Positions 48,301-58,300 of a stretch of 64,000 nt of DNA are shown here, piece after piece. A program made the position numbers and the translations under genes. This stretch comes from a virus, in IMG/VR virus record IMGVR_UViG_3300006947_000003, positions 1 through 64,000 of that record. One strand, 5' to 3'. Every line of letters begins with the position of its first letter. The first letter of the stretch is position 1. The notes beneath the pieces were generated by a model. It was not told where the DNA came from. It did no database searches and saw nothing but the letters and a program-made list of their open reading frames with translations.

Positions 48301-51300
48301 GGCATCCGGTTTAGCGTAGACTCTGTTATACACAAATACCTTTTTGTCGCCTGGCGCCGATACTACACACCATAACTCGTTAGCACTCATTTTTACATCA
48401 GTACCAAATTTAGCACTTGTTGTTAACCCTAACGGTTGAGATATTGTCCCTGGTAAAAATGTTCCACTTTTAGCGTCGTAATAATAAAATAGTACAGCAC
48501 CCTTACCACTATTTGAGTTAGGTGCTCCAGCAACGATCCAACGTTTTCCGTTATCCCATTCTTCGTATTTTCCTCTATGGTCTATATAGTTTTCATTATT
48601 TTTAAAAGGTCGCTCTGTAGGTGAGCCAGTACTAATACTTGCTCCTAATTCGTCAATGTTAGGAATGGTAGTTTCTATAACAGCACTATGGGTCATATTT
48701 ACTGGTTTAGGTGTGTATATCTGCAGTTTGTTTTTAGACTTTTGTCCTACTACTAACCACTGATTATTAATATCTGAACATATAGCATCACCAAATTCTT
48801 CATCTGCTACTCCTAGTAACGGAGTAATAGCTTGGCTTTCAGTATATTTTGTGTTCTTTTTTGCGACAAGCCAGCTTCCTGAATCATCTTTGTCGATATA
48901 AAACTTATCATTTGTTGACCAGCCTAATTTCGGTGCTGTAATCTTTTCTCCGTCTTTGAATCTAATACTTTTAAATTTTAATATAACTGTTGATCCGGCT
49001 TCTGCGTTCTTGCCGGATACCCCTGGACCGGATGTTGTAAATGATTGTAATGTAGGAATAGTTCTAATATCATAAACACCATTGCGGGTTACTGTTGTAC
49101 CATCTGTATGATAGTTTTTAATAGCAATAATATCTCCGACTGCTAGGCTGTGGTTGTCAGTTGTTGTCCATGTGTATGTTTCACCGTCAGCACCACCGTC
49201 GCAATTAACAACTTCTGTTGCTGTTGTGTCGAGGTATCTCATATCCCAATCGCCTGTAGAATCTTCTGCGATCCAAAGAGTAAATCCTATTTTAATTTTG
49301 TATAATATGTCTTTTAATGTGTCGGCATCTTTGTTGTAAAACAATGTTCCGTCAGCATCTGTTAATTTAGGATAACCAACATTAGGATATAATTCATCAT
49401 AAAATATATTGTTTTTATGTCCAGACACAAACGGTTTTCTAACAGGAACCCAGTCGTATGTTATATCCGAAGGTGCTTTATATAGTTGACTTGTTGTATA
49501 TTCTACTTTGCTGTTAACATCTGATTTGTTTTGTGTTGTTTTGTGTAATGTAATGGGCTGTGGGTTGTCAGTAAATCCTTCTTCATCTAATAAAATTTCA
49601 ACCCTAGAATTTAAATCAGTAGCGCCGTAGGCTGCATTTCTAATGGCCCATTCTTCGTAGTAACTAATATCACTGCTAATTTGGTCAAATTTACTTCTAA
49701 TTAATTTATCAACTGCGTTTTTTGTGCCTTTTTCCTGTAACATACCTTGATAAAATTTAACCTGACTCACATCATCAAGACCAATTTGGTCAAAGTAGCT
49801 TCTATTTTGATATGAGATAGCACCTTTACCGTATTTGTCAGTTTCGCTTTCTAGGTTAACTGTATTAACATCGTAAAAACTTTCAAAGTTCTTACCCAAT
49901 GTATCAAAGTTAGGTAGTAAGCCAATTTTAAATGAATCAGTTTGTGTCCAGTTTTCATATATAAACAAAGCTGTGCTTGTATGATTAGTCTTTGATGTAT
50001 ACATCAGATCTCTAAATGTAACAATATCACCTCTAACATAATTTGTATTTGCTACCCAACTCGGAACATCGCCGTCGTTGTAAATGAATCCTTCTGCTGT
50101 TAAACTACCGTCCCAGCCACCCGTCTTGTAACCAACTAGTCTTAACCTGTGCTGTCTATTACCTAAGCCAGGCTGGTATATAACATCATTAAATTTTGTT
50201 ATATTATTAAACACTAATACGTGTTCATACTGTACAAGTTTTGTATTAACAAAGTAAATTCCACCCTTGTCTAAGTTAGGGTATAATTCAAACTCACCGT
50301 CGCTTCTACTCATCTTGTAAGTATTAGGCCTTAGCGGTTCATATTTTTGATTTAATACATTTGTTTGTGCTTGACTGTTTGATAATGCGTCAGCGATGCC
50401 AATTGGTGTTATACATCTAATTCTACTAGAGCTAGGACTTAGTGTGATGACAGATCCCGGTAGCCAACCCTGTCCGGACCAGTGTACAAATTCCTTAACA
50501 CTCATCGCCCAGTTTGCCACTATTTTCTGTGAACCAAAATCTTCCATCCTATTATCAAAGTCATATCCGCTTGTAGTTAGGTACTTTTGATAAGAGAACA
50601 TAAAGTCTGCTACATCTTGTTTTGTATTAAATGTTGTACCATATGCTACTGCTGACTCTTCTACATAATAATCTTCCCATTCTGTTATTTTTTCTTCGTT
50701 AACGTCGTGTATTCTAAAGTTGCCATTTTCAATTGGCTTATGAATCGTAAATCTCGGGTTGGTTAAATCATAACCGTATACAGTATATCCACTAGCATTG
50801 CCTTGGACTATTACTCCACTGTATGGGATAGATTTAATTGGTCCTGTTTTATGTAGATGAACTGAATAATCTTCGTCTGGTATATAAACTGAGTTGCTTG
50901 TGCTACTTGGTGACACTTGTTCAGCTAACACTTTAATAAGTTTTTTATCTGTGTAACCTTCTAGTTTGTGAACTAATTTAATATCCAATGTAGTAATAAT
51001 ATTTGTTAAATTTGTTTTAACATCAACATTGAGCCAACGTAAGTAATCAGCAACGTAGTTTCCACATCCTTCGTATCGTGTTGTGGAAGTATCTACTTTT
51101 AAATCTGTTGGAGTCTGGCGCTGGTTTGTTAGTGTCATTACTAACTGGTCAGTTAATGTGTTTCTTACTATTTGGCTTTTATTGAATACTTGGCTTAAAT
51201 ATTCTGCTGGTCGGATTAATGACATTAAGTGTTGTACACTAAATGGGTAACTGCTAGAGTTCCTCCAAGCATGTTCCGAAGCCGCGCCATCACCAAATTT

Positions 51301-54300
51301 CCAAGCATGACTAGGTGATAAATCTCCCGAGTTAGGAGAAAGACAATCGATTGGTGATTTTAATTGCCCGTTTTCTGTTACAGGAATTAACGAATAGATG
51401 TCTGCCCGTTTGTACAATAAATCAACTGTGTACCCATCTACTTTAGCACTAGTATAGCGGTGTCCGTTCTTTACGTCATTCCATAGTACTTTGTTACCTG
51501 ATGTGTACGGAGCAGGACCGTATCTAGTTTCCCACCAACTTGGCTTTTGGCTCCAGCCAAACATTTCCCAAGAATTAGTATGAGGCTTGTACGTATCAAA
51601 GTAATATCTAAATAGACCCTTCCAGTGCCCTTGCTGTAATACTGTTTTATCGACACTATCTGTAAAGTTTTTATAATTCCATGTAGTTGATACATTAGCA
51701 TCAAATGTTGTGTTTTCTGTGTAAGGTATTCTGTGTTTCGTCACCCAACGTAGAAACTCATCTTCTAATATATCGTTAACTTGAGCTTCGGTGATGTCAG
51801 TAGCCCTAAAGCGACCAGGCGTATATTTTTTAATATTAAAAACGGTTTCTTGATATTCTGTTTTAATATTATTATACATTCGTTTTTCAAGTTCAAGTAT
51901 AACGTTGTCCCTGTTATCGCCATATGCTATTGTTCTACTTCCGTCGTGACCGACTATAACATTTTGAGTTACAGCATACGTATCGTCGCTGACTATTTCT
52001 GGTTTAAATTTTGGATATAATCCTAATTTTGTTGGCGTTGGCGCAACATAGTTTCCTAATGTATTTGTATAATCAACTATTTTTAACACATCGCCAATTG
52101 TTATTGTTTTAATTATTTTAACATTAGAACTCTCAGTTTCAAACGTATAGTCTAATCCATGATACAGTTGGGCGTTATTTAAGTATACTAATATAGCCCG
52201 ATTTCCCGGAACAGTATTATCAAATACACTAGATACTTCGTATGTCTTATCTCGGTCGTCTGTGATAGTATATGTTATTACGTCAGCATCAGCACCGTAA
52301 GGTATCATATCTGATGTGTAAAATGGGAATGTTGAACTTTTATTAGCATTAACACTTTCCATAACAGTATCAACAGTAGCACTAACATTTGTAAGGTCTA
52401 AGTTGTCTAATGTTTCGAGTGTAGTTAAGAACTTTGATTTAAATTTTTCGTATTCGGAATTAGCAAACTTTAATGAATCAACGTAGTTTAATTCACTTTG
52501 CTGACTTAAAAGCATCGGGAGAATCATCGACGAACTATGTTGAGTAATTAGCCCCTCTGTTGCTTTATAATTTTCTAAGTCTCTTAAATTGTTACTGCCT
52601 TGTAATGATCCAGTAAAAAATTTATTAGTATCAACTAATGCTGACACGTGGTTTTGTAATTGCCCCAATGTAATATTAGTAAATTTCTCGTTTTGTCCAT
52701 TGCTTTCTAAGTTTTTAGGAACAACATAATACGCACTTTTAGAAGTAGTTTTACTAAAAAATTGAATAGTAATCGAATCACCTAACACTTGAGTATTAGT
52801 TAATTTACAACTATACAATCCATTTTGCAATGCTATTGTGAATGCTGTTGTACGCTTATTGTTAATATAAACAAATACATTAGGCAATGCTGTTACAGAG
52901 GTATCTGGATTAGCGCCTAAGTCATATGATTTAATTGCTATATCATCAACTGTGTATTCTATTTGCTGAAACTGTCTACTGTGCTGTATACCTTTTTCCC
53001 AGCCGTTTGTATACGAAACTGTGTTGCTGTACGGGTGTGTTTTCTTTGCTAACGTAGTGGCAGTACTTACTGTTGCAACACCAGTTGTTTTTTTGTAATT
53101 AAATGTATCGTTAACGTATGTGTTATCGAATAAAATGTCGCCGACGTTGTTAAATGTTCTATACTTTAGCGGTATTCCTATAATAGTATCATTTTTACCA
53201 GTTCCTAAGGTGTACTTAAATAAACTGTTTCCTAAAAAGTCACTTGCTGGATATGTTGTTGTATCATTGATATTAATACCTGTACTGTCGTACAATTTAA
53301 ATATAGGATATTGATTTACTTTAGTTTTAGTTTGCGACGCAATCCAGTTAGCACCATCCCAATGGTATGTTTTTCCTTTGCCTACGGTTCCTTTGCTAAA
53401 GTAAATACTGCTTCCTGTAGTAACAGTTTCTTTGTCATAGTCAGTTAGTGTCATAGTTTCAGCAGTGGAATCACCGTCTATATCTCGCCAACCAATTGCC
53501 CAGGGATTTTTTCTAGTTTGTAAGTCATTATCTTTTGCAAAGATAATGTTATCTAGTCCGGATAAACTTACACCATCAACATAATAACCTGAACTGCCAT
53601 GTACACTCGACAACGCATCAGTGGTAGTTGTATCGATTAATTCCATTCCACTAACACCAATAGTGCCGTGATTAAATAAGTGTAGGCCAGCATCATATTG
53701 TATAATTGGCCTTACGGCTCTTAAACTATCATCAATGATTGTTACTTCACTGTTATATGTTGCTGTTGTTGTAATAATATCTTTATGGAACCACTTGTTG
53801 CCTCTGCTCCAAGCATTTTTATCTGTTGCTCCGCGAGTCATTACAATGTAATCTTTATTGTCTAGATCGGTTTCAGGGGCAACTAGCGTAGTGTCAACAA
53901 GGTGGATTTTGTCGCCAACACCTTCGATATAATATGATTTATTTTGGTATTTTGTTTCTGAAATTGTTGTGTCAAATGTTATTTTTAATCCATTAGTAAA
54001 CACAATACCATTAGGTGCAGTATATGTTTTCTTTCCTAAAAAGTCTGTCGATTCTATTGAGGTAGTAACAGCATTGGCAATTTTAATTGTGCCATACGTA
54101 GTTTTATTAGTACCGTGTTGATAATAAAGTGTATCTAACTTTGCTGTTAGTACAGGTACAACTGTAAGATGATTAGTAGAGGTTTCTTTATAAAAATGTC
54201 TTCCGGCATATGTAGTTCCCTCTGTTATGTATATCTTGTCTGTAAATGTTACATTAGCAATTTTTGATAATACAATTCTAGAATTAACAATGTTAATACG

Positions 54301-55332
54301 AAATACACCTTGTCTATCTACTGTGGATACTTGCCCTGTTGTTACTGAAAAGCCTGTATCAATATACGGTGCTGTTGTGTAATCTACACCAGTAGTTGTC
54401 CAGTTATTATTATCTGTTAATGAGTCTGAATTTTGTAAAAATGTAACTGTTTTGCCTTCTAACACCCGTTGATTGTCTATACCGTTCGCAGATGAAATTA
54501 GATCCTCTGCATTGCGGCCTTGTACTTTATTCCATGCTAGATCACTTACTAAATTAACATCTTGTAAAAGCGTTAAATTAGTATCAAACCATGATTGAGC
54601 ATCCACTTGGGGTACTGTAAATGTTAAACTAGTTTTGCTACCGTTGTTTTCGACGCCATAAATTTCTCTAGTGCTTTTTGTAGGTGACGTTGTTTCTACC
54701 CCTGTGATTGAGCCTTCTTCTGTTTGTATATAAAAATCTGCTGTTTGGTCCGCAGTAAACGTGTATGTGCCACCACGTACTAGGTATATTGTAGGATTAT
54801 TTCCAGCTATCTCAGTAACAGTAAATCTGTTGTTTACTGAATCATATGTAGTAGTCCACGATCCGGTCGTTTTAATTTTACTACCTGTTACATTAACAGC
54901 ATTTGGTCCATCTTTAAGCCAATAGTAACTACCGTAGTTTATAAGTGAATCAAAATTAATAAATCCTGCCCAGTTGTAAAACTCCTCATCAAAAAGTTTA
55001 TTGTGATTAGTTGTGTTGACACTATTGTTTTTTAATTTATAAAGTAAATCGTCATATGTTATAATAGATCCTACAGAGTTATCGCTAGTAATAGAAGAGT
55101 CTTTTTTAACTACGATAGCAGGTTCTAGTTGATAGTCCCTTCGGAGACCAGTTGAATTTATGTAGTTGTCAGTGCTTTTATAACCCGGTGAATATTTACG
55201 ACCTACGTATCCGTCAAGCCTTTGAAGGTTAGCACTATTCATCAACTGGTCTAGTGTAGCACTTAAGAACTTTTTGTTCTTATCTGATTGATATGCTTGA
55301 GGTAAAAATGAACTTGTCTTTCTCTTAGCCAT
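42343..55332 (-). CDS. Giant virion protein (gp7-like baseplate wedge with FG-GAP propeller and Ig-like repeats)
   Basis: 4329 aa, directly after gp6; FG..I..G.P repeats; GDGxxxxF..ITFxTAP repeats; GxGYxxAP; KPYHSKIR; LRRGTSGT. Confidence 0.75.
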   Translation of the reverse strand: MAKRKTSSFLPQAYQSDKNKKFLSATLDQLMNSANLQRLDGYVGRKYSPGYKSTDNYINSTGLRRDYQLEPAIVVKKDSSITSDNSVGSIITYDDLLYKLKNNSVNTTNHNKLFDEEFYNWAGFINFDSLINYGSYYWLKDGPNAVNVTGSKIKTTGSWTTTYDSVNNRFTVTEIAGNNPTIYLVRGGTYTFTADQTADFYIQTEEGSITGVETTSPTKSTREIYGVENNGSKTSLTFTVPQVDAQSWFDTNLTLLQDVNLVSDLAWNKVQGRNAEDLISSANGIDNQRVLEGKTVTFLQNSDSLTDNNNWTTTGVDYTTAPYIDTGFSVTTGQVSTVDRQGVFRINIVNSRIVLSKIANVTFTDKIYITEGTTYAGRHFYKETSTNHLTVVPVLTAKLDTLYYQHGTNKTTYGTIKIANAVTTSIESTDFLGKKTYTAPNGIVFTNGLKITFDTTISETKYQNKSYYIEGVGDKIHLVDTTLVAPETDLDNKDYIVMTRGATDKNAWSRGNKWFHKDIITTTATYNSEVTIIDDSLRAVRPIIQYDAGLHLFNHGTIGVSGMELIDTTTTDALSSVHGSSGYYVDGVSLSGLDNIIFAKDNDLQTRKNPWAIGWRDIDGDSTAETMTLTDYDKETVTTGSSIYFSKGTVGKGKTYHWDGANWIASQTKTKVNQYPIFKLYDSTGININDTTTYPASDFLGNSLFKYTLGTGKNDTIIGIPLKYRTFNNVGDILFDNTYVNDTFNYKKTTGVATVSTATTLAKKTHPYSNTVSYTNGWEKGIQHSRQFQQIEYTVDDIAIKSYDLGANPDTSVTALPNVFVYINNKRTTAFTIALQNGLYSCKLTNTQVLGDSITIQFFSKTTSKSAYYVVPKNLESNGQNEKFTNITLGQLQNHVSALVDTNKFFTGSLQGSNNLRDLENYKATEGLITQHSSSMILPMLLSQQSELNYVDSLKFANSEYEKFKSKFLTTLETLDNLDLTNVSATVDTVMESVNANKSSTFPFYTSDMIPYGADADVITYTITDDRDKTYEVSSVFDNTVPGNRAILVYLNNAQLYHGLDYTFETESSNVKIIKTITIGDVLKIVDYTNTLGNYVAPTPTKLGLYPKFKPEIVSDDTYAVTQNVIVGHDGSRTIAYGDNRDNVILELEKRMYNNIKTEYQETVFNIKKYTPGRFRATDITEAQVNDILEDEFLRWVTKHRIPYTENTTFDANVSTTWNYKNFTDSVDKTVLQQGHWKGLFRYYFDTYKPHTNSWEMFGWSQKPSWWETRYGPAPYTSGNKVLWNDVKNGHRYTSAKVDGYTVDLLYKRADIYSLIPVTENGQLKSPIDCLSPNSGDLSPSHAWKFGDGAASEHAWRNSSSYPFSVQHLMSLIRPAEYLSQVFNKSQIVRNTLTDQLVMTLTNQRQTPTDLKVDTSTTRYEGCGNYVADYLRWLNVDVKTNLTNIITTLDIKLVHKLEGYTDKKLIKVLAEQVSPSSTSNSVYIPDEDYSVHLHKTGPIKSIPYSGVIVQGNASGYTVYGYDLTNPRFTIHKPIENGNFRIHDVNEEKITEWEDYYVEESAVAYGTTFNTKQDVADFMFSYQKYLTTSGYDFDNRMEDFGSQKIVANWAMSVKEFVHWSGQGWLPGSVITLSPSSSRIRCITPIGIADALSNSQAQTNVLNQKYEPLRPNTYKMSRSDGEFELYPNLDKGGIYFVNTKLVQYEHVLVFNNITKFNDVIYQPGLGNRQHRLRLVGYKTGGWDGSLTAEGFIYNDGDVPSWVANTNYVRGDIVTFRDLMYTSKTNHTSTALFIYENWTQTDSFKIGLLPNFDTLGKNFESFYDVNTVNLESETDKYGKGAISYQNRSYFDQIGLDDVSQVKFYQGMLQEKGTKNAVDKLIRSKFDQISSDISYYEEWAIRNAAYGATDLNSRVEILLDEEGFTDNPQPITLHKTTQNKSDVNSKVEYTTSQLYKAPSDITYDWVPVRKPFVSGHKNNIFYDELYPNVGYPKLTDADGTLFYNKDADTLKDILYKIKIGFTLWIAEDSTGDWDMRYLDTTATEVVNCDGGADGETYTWTTTDNHSLAVGDIIAIKNYHTDGTTVTRNGVYDIRTIPTLQSFTTSGPGVSGKNAEAGSTVILKFKSIRFKDGEKITAPKLGWSTNDKFYIDKDDSGSWLVAKKNTKYTESQAITPLLGVADEEFGDAICSDINNQWLVVGQKSKNKLQIYTPKPVNMTHSAVIETTIPNIDELGASISTGSPTERPFKNNENYIDHRGKYEEWDNGKRWIVAGAPNSNSGKGAVLFYYYDAKSGTFLPGTISQPLGLTTSAKFGTDVKMSANELWCVVSAPGDKKVFVYNRVYAKPDAILTQTFIGDGSDTTFTLTSLGSPGSAEELYIRIGGTDYVAGRDYTYNPITKVITFTTAPVASSDISVTSLGGWRLVETFTGTDTDYGKTISIDSQGRHITIGSPNRSTVGDDSTSRMGAVEVKTRHWQCFVGDGTTKTFTAEGSSASYITVAVNGTNITKQPTVWSSSGNTITFVTAPITGDEIALWTDRWRQLQMISPSDIAKQVDGQFGSSSIAIDESAQTVYVGVPERDGVVENSGTVSIFERNQNIVNDKCVVTSSPEGFTSYNSGESFFINGYKVTSTTTTLSGIVIDINNANIPGITASSAGTVLTVTSSVGKMNSIIVTPGVTGTIFKDIGLAPWFNSTTLTLNQEITAGHKFGENIKVSRNNNLLVVGCPSGSSRVYTTVDLKNTIFDSSGTRFTANRFFTGSTHVFQKLGNSWVEADNLYTNNLSSNDKFGSSIAITNDTIYVSAPLDDDGITLNTGKVLTYKKTGDLFSVDAKEEPLVDIDRINKVFLYNKETNKIVTYLDYIDPIKGKIIGAAEQNIDYKTTWDPAVYNYSDGTKDVNKSDAYWNQDIFIGKIWWDINELKFINYEQGNADYKSLFWGGLFPGSTIGIYQWTESTVKPSVYTGGTAKYGDSAYVEIQKINTITNLLETKYYFWATSKTTVHEGKTLSTETIKKLITDPVTNGSAYAQFIGKNQVALVNTAKYIEANNTVLAVEYDKKPNDKILHTEWELIPEGSTQLEIPVDLFKKIKDSLAGADKQGNIVPDINLSVGDKYGIDIRPRQGVFMNRYLALKEYITYVNAVIKKYNISDSLDYSVLNEEEPLPLTTSLEYNETVNSITELGYIRVALKETGYKVAVITDSVVNGRWSIHTLQSDNTWLRSRTQSYDTKKFWAFIDWYDTGYSTDTNIDYRYTDFNKVYENATTIADKSIIKITKGTSWDLYIKTSGKHTLIGQKDGTLKFGDDLYDYVKTSYGFDTDGYDFNLMDTEPQIETRNIIDAIKDQILVHDLKNEHNKLMFVLLKFVLQEQSHVDWMFKTSFIQVKHNLRALDQFPTYQRDNQEFVKSYINEVKPYHSKIREYVLGYTKLETYLGDTSDFDLPATYDSITKTFRSPNKEKGHDATTLTTNTAYKMWKDNHSYYVDDIRINWQGTGYTTAPVITIAAAPAGGVTATATCTISGGRVNSVTVTTKGSGYLTTPAITITGGSPTIATNLYAVIKNNNIRKIKETLKFDRIKFSSDVKTWTKNTAYTTTDIIQHLKEAYTVNTGFTSGATFDSDNLTIKADATFNNAMDRTMAYYSPKAGQDAVDLGAIFKGITYPGTKVQGPLFSDEPNFDHSAFDTEPFDNFEIDSDGRFILSSKDIDLTLQGKFDDTQLGLRPEDIIVDGSSKFVDAYSSHAPEEFVPGRVFDSLSINVFTSPSTDTDNDDALGFPIYSINYKGDGTNKVFKFGDDKTGTDQAVLVYSRSSGKVSSTLYTVDWVDNKITFTTAPVNNEIIHLTSFGNTGNSVLLDFEQQAIAGQTVVNLPIAYSLISTKQNFITVNGVHNTTGTLAASGTETTWTPATALSATDQVRVMLFDVASSATRTFSKVTIDDWTVTDSTRTFTLTDGADTFLARTDKIIVELNGTRLRPPVFTYLTNDSSSATYDLSTKADIDHATLTKSDTRVYINGVQTTNYSIVTGSDSTIKAVQLDEAPSASSKIDVAVTTNADYILTDATTLTITGGTWSGSDSLVVTTFNNHNKLKVTTETFKGGSTSAITTDIGFDVRGFESVPFDAVTASVVNIAEFSLFRNPTNVSYLWVTKNGVKMVPNYDYKLLGSKLAFASTLQATDITIITQFTEEIIQPAIGFKIFKDLFDKNHYYRISNKHKATTAAELLSSHTEIVVNNAQQFAVPDDTSNMPGIVWIGGERIEYLHLDIATNTISRLRRGTSGTHIPASHPIHSDVIDVSTRQEIPSAHDKTWYTTQGSNASNGLGLQNSTTTQANFLLDEPTYIKS

Positions 55333-58300
55333 TAGTAAGAAGAACTCCCGCTAGTTGTTACAGCACTTGCTGTAGTGTTTGTTGTAGTCTGCAGACTCGC
55401 AATGGAGCCACCTGCTTGAATTTTTGTAGCTGTTATACTGTCAATTATTTCTACATCATCAACAGTAGCACCGTTAATTAATACCTCATCGTGATTGCTA
55501 CGTATTTGGAATAGACTTCCAAATACTTGAGATGTGCTTTTAGGAACAATAACAACAGAACTTATCTTAGTTGCTAATGAGTTGTGTAAGTACGCCCCTA
55601 ATTCAGAGAAGTAAAAAGTGTCACCAAAGTCCCAATTTGATACATGAAAATAAGTGTTAATTGCTTCGATAACAGAAGCTTTAATTTCTGAATCACTTAT
55701 ACCTATGTTTGGGTTTTTTACGACCTTAAATGATGCTTGTAAACTAGTATCTGCGTTTGGTCCAAATAACGGTTTAAATTTAGCTGAGTGATATATTATT
55801 GTATCTGATATGCTTTTTGAATCTTCAATTGAATTAAATGAAGTTCGCAATTCTTCCGCTGTTGGCTCATTTGGCTTTGTAACACTTGTGGTAGAATCTA
55901 TTATCCACTCTCGATATAAGTCCGCGTATGATTGTGTTAAAATGTACATATCTATTAAGTTGCTCGGGCTTGGATCAATACGCCTGTTGTTAGGAGCATT
56001 GTGCTTGTATTGGAATTTTAAATTGTTACGACCTATGTAAACTTTATAAGCTGAAGCAGTAGCACTTGTTCCGGCTGTAAATTGTGAACCAGGCGAAGCG
56101 TTAACACTCATTTGTAATGTATTATTATTATTTAAAAATGATGCCGCAAATTTATCATCTGTTGTGGCGTAAAATATTTTTCCTGTAGGGAATAATGCCA
56201 TATTATTTTCTGCTTCTCTCATAGTCTTATAATCATGGCAAACAGCACTACTGTCTAATGCTTGATATCTTTCAATGTTATCATAGTCATAAAACTGTTT
56301 AAAGAAAACTAGCTTTCTATCTTTTGCTAGGCCAGTTGTATCATCTGTACCTACAATATTTTTAAACATATCTGGATTGTCTGTTACGCTATCGCTGTCA
56401 GCATCTCCGAGTGTTACTTTAACTTTTGTATTGTCTTTGAATCCGTCACTCTCAGTTACCATATTAATAATATCTAAAGCATAATCTTCTTCAAGTGGAT
56501 TATTATTACTTGGGTTGTTGTTAACTTTTAATACGGTACACCGGTCTGTTATTGTACTTCCGGTAACACTATCATAAATTTTAACACCCTTATCAAAGTA
56601 AAATCTAGTTTCGTCTTTACTAGCGAAATAATAATCAAGTTGTCGACTTTTCATAGTATATTGAACACCGTCGGTTATAAATTGTACTAACCAACTAGCA
56701 TCATTTTTTGTTGATAATGTACTACCAGCATTGCTATCGCTATATGTTTTATCAACAGCTAGGTTATCGCTAGTAATAATAGACCACGTACTAGTAGTGT
56801 GATTAAATCTAATACCAAAGTCTTTGTATTCTTTAATGTTTGTTTTAATTGTAGTTTCTAATGCAGACGGTAAGTCGCTAACCCATTTTGGGAATACCTG
56901 CTCAACTGTTGCGCCTGTTGGCACTAATTCGTTAAGTGTGACAGCACCAACACCAGCGGATTTCAATCCGTTGCCTAGTGATCCTAAACCGTTTGAGTCT
57001 ACTAATTTAATAGACGACCATGTTTGCTTTGTTGCACCTAAATGGTCAGTTGTTGTACCAGCCATGTGTGTTCCGTTGGCCATAAAGTGCTTGCCGGCCT
57101 CTGGAATAAATTTAATCATACTATTTAATGTTAGGTACTGATTTAAATCTGACACACTTGCACCTATTTGTAGAACGTTGCCGGCGGAATCTTTAAAATA
57201 GCCTGTCGTAGTATTAGTTGTGCTTGACACTTTAACCCATGTAATTGTATTTGTAAAAACTTGTGGCGTAAATTTATCTAAGTAAAAGTGATACATTTCG
57301 TTACCACCTAAGTTCTTTTCTAACGTGTTTTTAATTACATTAATAATTTCATTATCATTTGTAAAACTGAATAGGTTTTTCTTAGTTGTATATTCTTTAT
57401 AAAATATACCATCGTCACTGAATATGTTTGTACTACTAAATTTGCCTGTAGTGTCTTTAACATCTAAAAATCTACTAATACCACTTGCCGCTCTATTAAC
57501 AGCTTTTGATTTAATAATACTTGTAAATTGTGTTAACGGAAAGATGTTATAATCTTCACCGTTAATCATTCTGTTTTGTGTATAATATGCCTGCGGTGCT
57601 AGTTGCTTAATGCTACTTAATGATTCTTTTCTACTTGCTGTATTAATATTTTGTTGCAGATCTAATGACAGAGTTAATGTTTCTTGTTGGTTCGTTCTAC
57701 TTATATAATTAAAACTTACTCCAACATTTAAAATATCTGTACTCTTTATAGCATATGATGTGCCAGCACTCTGTCTGTAATAACATTTAAATCTTCCTTT
57801 AGGGATATCTGCGAATACACCGTCAGCGAATATAAGTTTAATTTTATCATCTGCTTGAGATTCAACAGCAAATAATTTTCTGTTTGATGAACTTAAACTG
57901 TTATAGATAACGTTTGAACCTGCAACTGCTGGAACATTAGTCCATTGCTCGCCTACATTGCCTTTGTCATCAACTTCGTATAACCACACATCAGTGTTAT
58001 TAATATTACTTTTATCAATGTTAAATGTAATGTTAGGTAGCCCACTAGTAAGATTAAAGTCCGCCTGGCCTAGTGTGCCCTGTTTAAACATTGTAAAGAA
58101 ACCCGTGTTTGCTGACGAGTTGCCTTTGCCATCAGTTCTATATAAGAAATTATATGTTGATCCAGGAATAGGTGATTTTTCATATACATAATCTTGCCCA
58201 GATATCGTACCGTTAACTAATTCAAATTTAGTGTCAGCTCCGTTAACTGATGATGTAAATGGCAAATACGGTTGTGTTCCAGCTAATAGGTTTAGTTCGT

